From assembly GCA_965237525.1 (NCBI GenBank), contig CBDEFO010000004.1, positions 384,001 to 448,000 on the forward strand: 64,000 bases of DNA, given 5' to 3'. Positions 60,570 through 64,000 of the stretch are shown here, piece after piece (within the stretch, counting starts at the first letter, position 1; every line of letters begins with the position of its first letter). The translations under genes were made by a program, and so were the position numbers. Source of the stretch: Candidatus Latescibacterota bacterium (GTDB lineage Bacteria > Latescibacterota > CBDEFO01). The notes beneath the pieces were generated by a model that saw nothing but the letters and a program-made list of their open reading frames with translations, was not told the origin of the DNA and searched no databases.

Positions 60570-62219
60570 ATGTTTCTTATCCTTCTTTTTGTGCTTTTAA
60601 CAACTTTCCCCGCCAGTCCCAGAGCCGAAGAATGCTTTTCAAAAGGGATATGCGGGACGTCCCGTATCCGGGATAGATCACCTGATCCACCTCCAAAGCC
60701 TTTGTCTTTGCCCTCATCTAAGCCCATATCCCTGGGGAAGTCTGAGATGTTTAAAGCCTACAATTTCCTGACATTTGAGCGCTACGATATAGAGACGACC
60801 TTACGAATTGTCGGAGATAATTGCTACGTCTTTGTGGAGGATTCTCAGTGGCAGTTGAATGTGACCCAGGAAGACGTGGAGCTTATGGCACATATCTTCG
60901 ACGAGTCTACAGACGCCGATCCGGGAAAAGGGGTATTCCAAATCGAAACCTCTGCTTTTGGCGATCCTCCCGACGTGGACGCTGATCCCCGAATATACAT
61001 AGTCCTTTTGGACATTCAGGACGGTCACGTGCCGGGAACTTCGACCAACTTTGTAGCTGGTTACTTCGATTTCAACAATCAGGTACCATCCAGGGGCAGA
61101 GAGATAGTCTATTTAGACAGCAATCCACTGGATCTGGAAGGTCGATTGGCCAAGGCTACGCTGGCGCATGAATTCCAGCATCTGATACATTGGGCACACG
61201 ATATTGATGAGGACGACTGGATCAACGAAGGACTGTCCGGCTATGCTGAGGATATATGTGGCTACGCTGACGAACGCTACGGGGCCCTCTTCCCAGCTAA
61301 TCCCAACAACAGTCTGACATTTTTCTCCCTCCCGATAGCCACAGAGGCGGACTACGACAAGACCTTCCTCTTTGTATCGTATTTTGCGGAACACTACGGA
61401 GGCCTTCCCACTGTAAGGGAACTTGTGGATACCAAAGAGAACGGTATTTTGGGGATAGATAGGACTCTTCAGAAGCTGGCATTGGCCGCTCAATTCAAGG
61501 ATGTCTTCTCAGACTGGACAGTCGCCAATTACCTGGATGACAACGGCAAGTACGGCTACAGCGGACTCGACATAGACAAACCTGAAACGTCCCTGGAAAA
61601 TTTACTGCCAGTTGAGACGTCCTCCGGTCGAGTCCAAGGATGGGCGGCTCAATATATAGAGTTTGTAACTGGAGAGAACCTCAAAATCACGTTCACAGGG
61701 GAGGGCTTTACTCCACGTTTGATATTGAGGAGGAACGGAAAAGCTCAGATTCTGGACTTTCCTGCTTCGGATGAGGACTTAAACTCCACCTTGGAAGCTA
61801 TAGAGGCAGATACGGTAACGCTTGTTGTAGCAAAGACCTCTGATTTTGGCGGCAACTATCGATACTCTGCTCAAGCGAGTACCATCTCGCTGGTGCAGGA
61901 AGAAGAGACAGATTTTGGCCTTCTGCCTTCGAACTGGGAGCTGGAAGGCAACTTTCCGAATCCTTTTAATCCCACAACTTTTATTACCTTCCTCGTTCCT
62001 CCCGAAGGAGATGGCGCACAGGTCGAACTTGATATATACAATTCTTCGGGACAAAGAATTACCAGCCTTGTAAATGAGATAATCCGAGCGGGGAGCTATC
62101 GTCTCAACTGGGACGGTAGGGATAAAAACGGCGATCCGGTCTCAAGCGGGGTCTATTTTGCGCTCCTCAGAACTTCACAGAGCGGCGTCTTCCAAAAGAA
62201 GATGACGCTTCTAAAATAG
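60570..62219 (+). CDS. Secreted zinc metallopeptidase with FlgD/T9SS-type CTD
   Basis: AHEFQH...WINEGLS; NFPNPFNP...WDGRD...SGVYF. Confidence 0.85.
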   Translation: MFLILLFVLLTTFPASPRAEECFSKGICGTSRIRDRSPDPPPKPLSLPSSKPISLGKSEMFKAYNFLTFERYDIETTLRIVGDNCYVFVEDSQWQLNVTQEDVELMAHIFDESTDADPGKGVFQIETSAFGDPPDVDADPRIYIVLLDIQDGHVPGTSTNFVAGYFDFNNQVPSRGREIVYLDSNPLDLEGRLAKATLAHEFQHLIHWAHDIDEDDWINEGLSGYAEDICGYADERYGALFPANPNNSLTFFSLPIATEADYDKTFLFVSYFAEHYGGLPTVRELVDTKENGILGIDRTLQKLALAAQFKDVFSDWTVANYLDDNGKYGYSGLDIDKPETSLENLLPVETSSGRVQGWAAQYIEFVTGENLKITFTGEGFTPRLILRRNGKAQILDFPASDEDLNSTLEAIEADTVTLVVAKTSDFGGNYRYSAQASTISLVQEEETDFGLLPSNWELEGNFPNPFNPTTFITFLVPPEGDGAQVELDIYNSSGQRITSLVNEIIRAGSYRLNWDGRDKNGDPVSSGVYFALLRTSQSGVFQKKMTLLK

Positions 62220-62341
62220 ATCTTACCTTTTCCACAAGAAGTCGTTGGATACACCCTATCCAGGCGATAAATTACCTTGTGTTCCACGATGGCTTTTCCA
62301 ACAGTTTAAAGAAATCGGGTGTTGTCGGGCGAAAATATATA

Positions 62342-62370
62342 TTGACAAGAACGTCGAAAAAGCCTATCTT
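62342..62370 (+). promoter_or_regulatory. sigma70-type promoter
   Basis: TTGACA-N17-TATCTT. Confidence 0.6.
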
Positions 62371-62508
62371 GTTATCCATTGGCAATAACATGCAGTTAGT
62401 CGTTGGGTTGAGCAAAGCTCGTAGCCCTCCTTTTGCTCGCTGTCCTGTGTTACGGTGCGGCACAATACACTCGACAGTGTTGAGGCCTCATAACCGAGGA
62501 GGCGAGTA

Positions 62509-62676
62509 ATGTCTGTGACTTCAAAACTTTTTTGGATGGCTCGAAGAAGCGCCGTTCTTCGGGGCTTGACGTCGGGAAATCCGGTGAGGATTCTACGCAG
62601 GATCATCAACAAGTTCATCGGTCGTAAACTCGTAAGCCGGGAATATTTACATGAGAGGCGACGTGGAAGGCGATAG
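62509..62676 (+). CDS. Small basic protein (55 aa, MSVTSKLFWMARRS...)
   Basis: GAGGAGG RBS; too short for the ORF track. Confidence 0.6.
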   Translation: MSVTSKLFWMARRSAVLRGLTSGNPVRILRRIINKFIGRKLVSREYLHERRRGRR

Positions 62677-62702
62677 TCCAATAGGATTTTAGAGTAAGAC
62701 TT

Positions 62703-62879
62703 ATGCATAGAACTTTGATGATAATCAAGCCTGATGCTACGTCTCAAAACCATATAGGAGAGATAATAGACAGAGTCGAAAAAGAAGGCTTCAGAGTTCT
62801 TGCTATGGAGATGACAACTCTGAGGAGGGAAGAAGCAGCAAGGTTCTTTGAAACCAGAAGATATATCATGATGATATAA
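62703..62879 (+). pseudogene. ndk: 3'-truncated copy of ndk (first 50 codons plus 8 unrelated codons)
   Basis: MHRTLMIIKPDA...EAARFFE; 9 mismatches in 150 nt versus 63614-63763. Confidence 0.92.
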
Positions 62880-62966
62880 GTATTCGCACTGCACATAACA
62901 CAGCATATACACTTTGGGCTGACGCCCTTGCCTTTCGGGACATTGCTTAAGAGGGAAGGAAAATAT

Positions 62967-63350
62967 ATGGAAGACATTGAGAATGTTAGGAAATATAGAA
63001 AAGATATTTGCCAAGCCTTAGGTGTTGAGTTTAAAGAAGAGGATATGAATACCGATTATTTCCTCGGTAGGTTTCTGGGGGAACAAAGGGATTATCTTGA
63101 TTCTTTAGGCCTGATTAATCGTGGTTTTTGTCCCCTTTGTGGTGAGAAGCCAATAGGTAATGAATATTACAGAGGTATGGCATTTTCAAAGGCCCCCCAA
63201 TACTTGTGCAAGGATTGTTATGAGAGAACTGACCCACACTCGGCTGTCCCTGGATATACACGAAGGTACTACACTGTAAAATTTGTTATGTGGGCTGTTG
63301 GTCTTGGTATATTGATAGGAGCATTCTTATTGATTAGGGGGTGTTTTTGA
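62967..63350 (+). CDS. Zinc-finger (CxxC...CxxC) protein with a C-terminal TM (cargo)
   Basis: CPLC, CKDC; AT-rich; purine-rich RBS. Confidence 0.75.
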   Translation: MEDIENVRKYRKDICQALGVEFKEEDMNTDYFLGRFLGEQRDYLDSLGLINRGFCPLCGEKPIGNEYYRGMAFSKAPQYLCKDCYERTDPHSAVPGYTRRYYTVKFVMWAVGLGILIGAFLLIRGCF

Positions 63351-63379
63351 CTTTGTTCTAGTTGGAGGTGTTAAAATCT

Positions 63380-63589
63380 ATGACTAATGATGAACGACAT
63401 CATACTTTTCTTTTCAAATATTGTGGCTATATCATCTATCTTGTTTTCTTGGTTGGGTTATTTCGAAATGGGGGTGTGGCTACTTTACATTTCAAAAACG
63501 GCAGATGGTTATTCGCTATTTGGGCCCTATTTTCAATTATCCTTTTGCCTAAGGCTACGTTGGACCTCATTCTACTATTGGGTCGATAG
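63380..63589 (+). CDS. Small two-TM protein (cargo)
   Basis: GGAGGTG RBS; its stop lies inside the duplicated segment. Confidence 0.55.
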   Translation: MTNDERHHTFLFKYCGYIIYLVFLVGLFRNGGVATLHFKNGRWLFAIWALFSIILLPKATLDLILLLGR

Positions 63590-63613
63590 GTCTAAGGTTT
63601 TAGGGTATGTCTT

Positions 63614-64000
63614 ATGCAAAAAACTTTGATGATAATCAAGCCTGACGCTGCGTCTCAAAACCATACAGGAGAGATAATAGCCAAAGTCGAAAAAGAAGGC
63701 TTCAGAGTTCTTGCTATGGAGATGACAACTCTGAGGAGGGAAGAAGCAGCAAGGTTCTACGAAGTGCATAAAGGTAAGGATTTCTACGAAAGTCTTTTGG
63801 ATTTTATGACGTCGGGTAGGATCGTTCCGATGGTGTTAGAGCGGGAGGATGCCGTCGAGTATTTAAGAAAGGTCATCGGAGCCACTAACCCCGAAGAGGC
63901 TGAACCTGAAACTATCAGAAGCGACTTTGCCACGGATGTTCAAAATAACGCTGTCCACGCATCCGATTCTCCCCAAAACGCTGAGGTTGAAATAGCATTC
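63614..64000 (+). CDS. ndk: Nucleoside diphosphate kinase (runs off the window)
   Basis: IIKPDA, FYEVHKGK, FMTSG, GATNP, NAVHASDS. Confidence 0.97.
   Translation, partial: MQKTLMIIKPDAASQNHTGEIIAKVEKEGFRVLAMEMTTLRREEAARFYEVHKGKDFYESLLDFMTSGRIVPMVLEREDAVEYLRKVIGATNPEEAEPETIRSDFATDVQNNAVHASDSPQNAEVEIAF

Overview
64-kb bacterial chromosomal window. Gene content (FlgD/CTD-tailed secreted proteins, PorU/PorV, BMC locus) suggests an FCB-group organism such as Latescibacterota; this is inference only. Housekeeping genes: dcd, two tRNA-Ser, gltX, tRNA-Gln, mutS2, smc, CIRCE-hrcA-grpE-dnaJ-prmA-rsmE-hit and ndk. Accessory content: a GT-C membrane glycosyltransferase cluster, an IS1182-family element joining two 5'-truncated genes, a DUF4159 gene pair, a PVM-like microcompartment operon, a His/Asp-rich higher-order-repeat lipoprotein and a T9SS-like cluster. 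Three unusual signals stand out. (1) Two independent integrase-free cargo-gene arrays, one inside the BMC operon and one in front of ndk, where unrelated genes sit between duplicated copies of the downstream host gene's 5' end, some near attC-like half-sites. (2) A ~22-bp CCCCCGAT..ATCGGGGG hairpin found within itself, within other REP-like repeats and in-frame within genes (mutS2, smc and others). (3) A PorU sortase with Ser at the catalytic Cys position, near an M6-like pseudoprotease. At least six 1-bp frameshifts suggest consensus indel errors. All calls are by eye; no searches were run.
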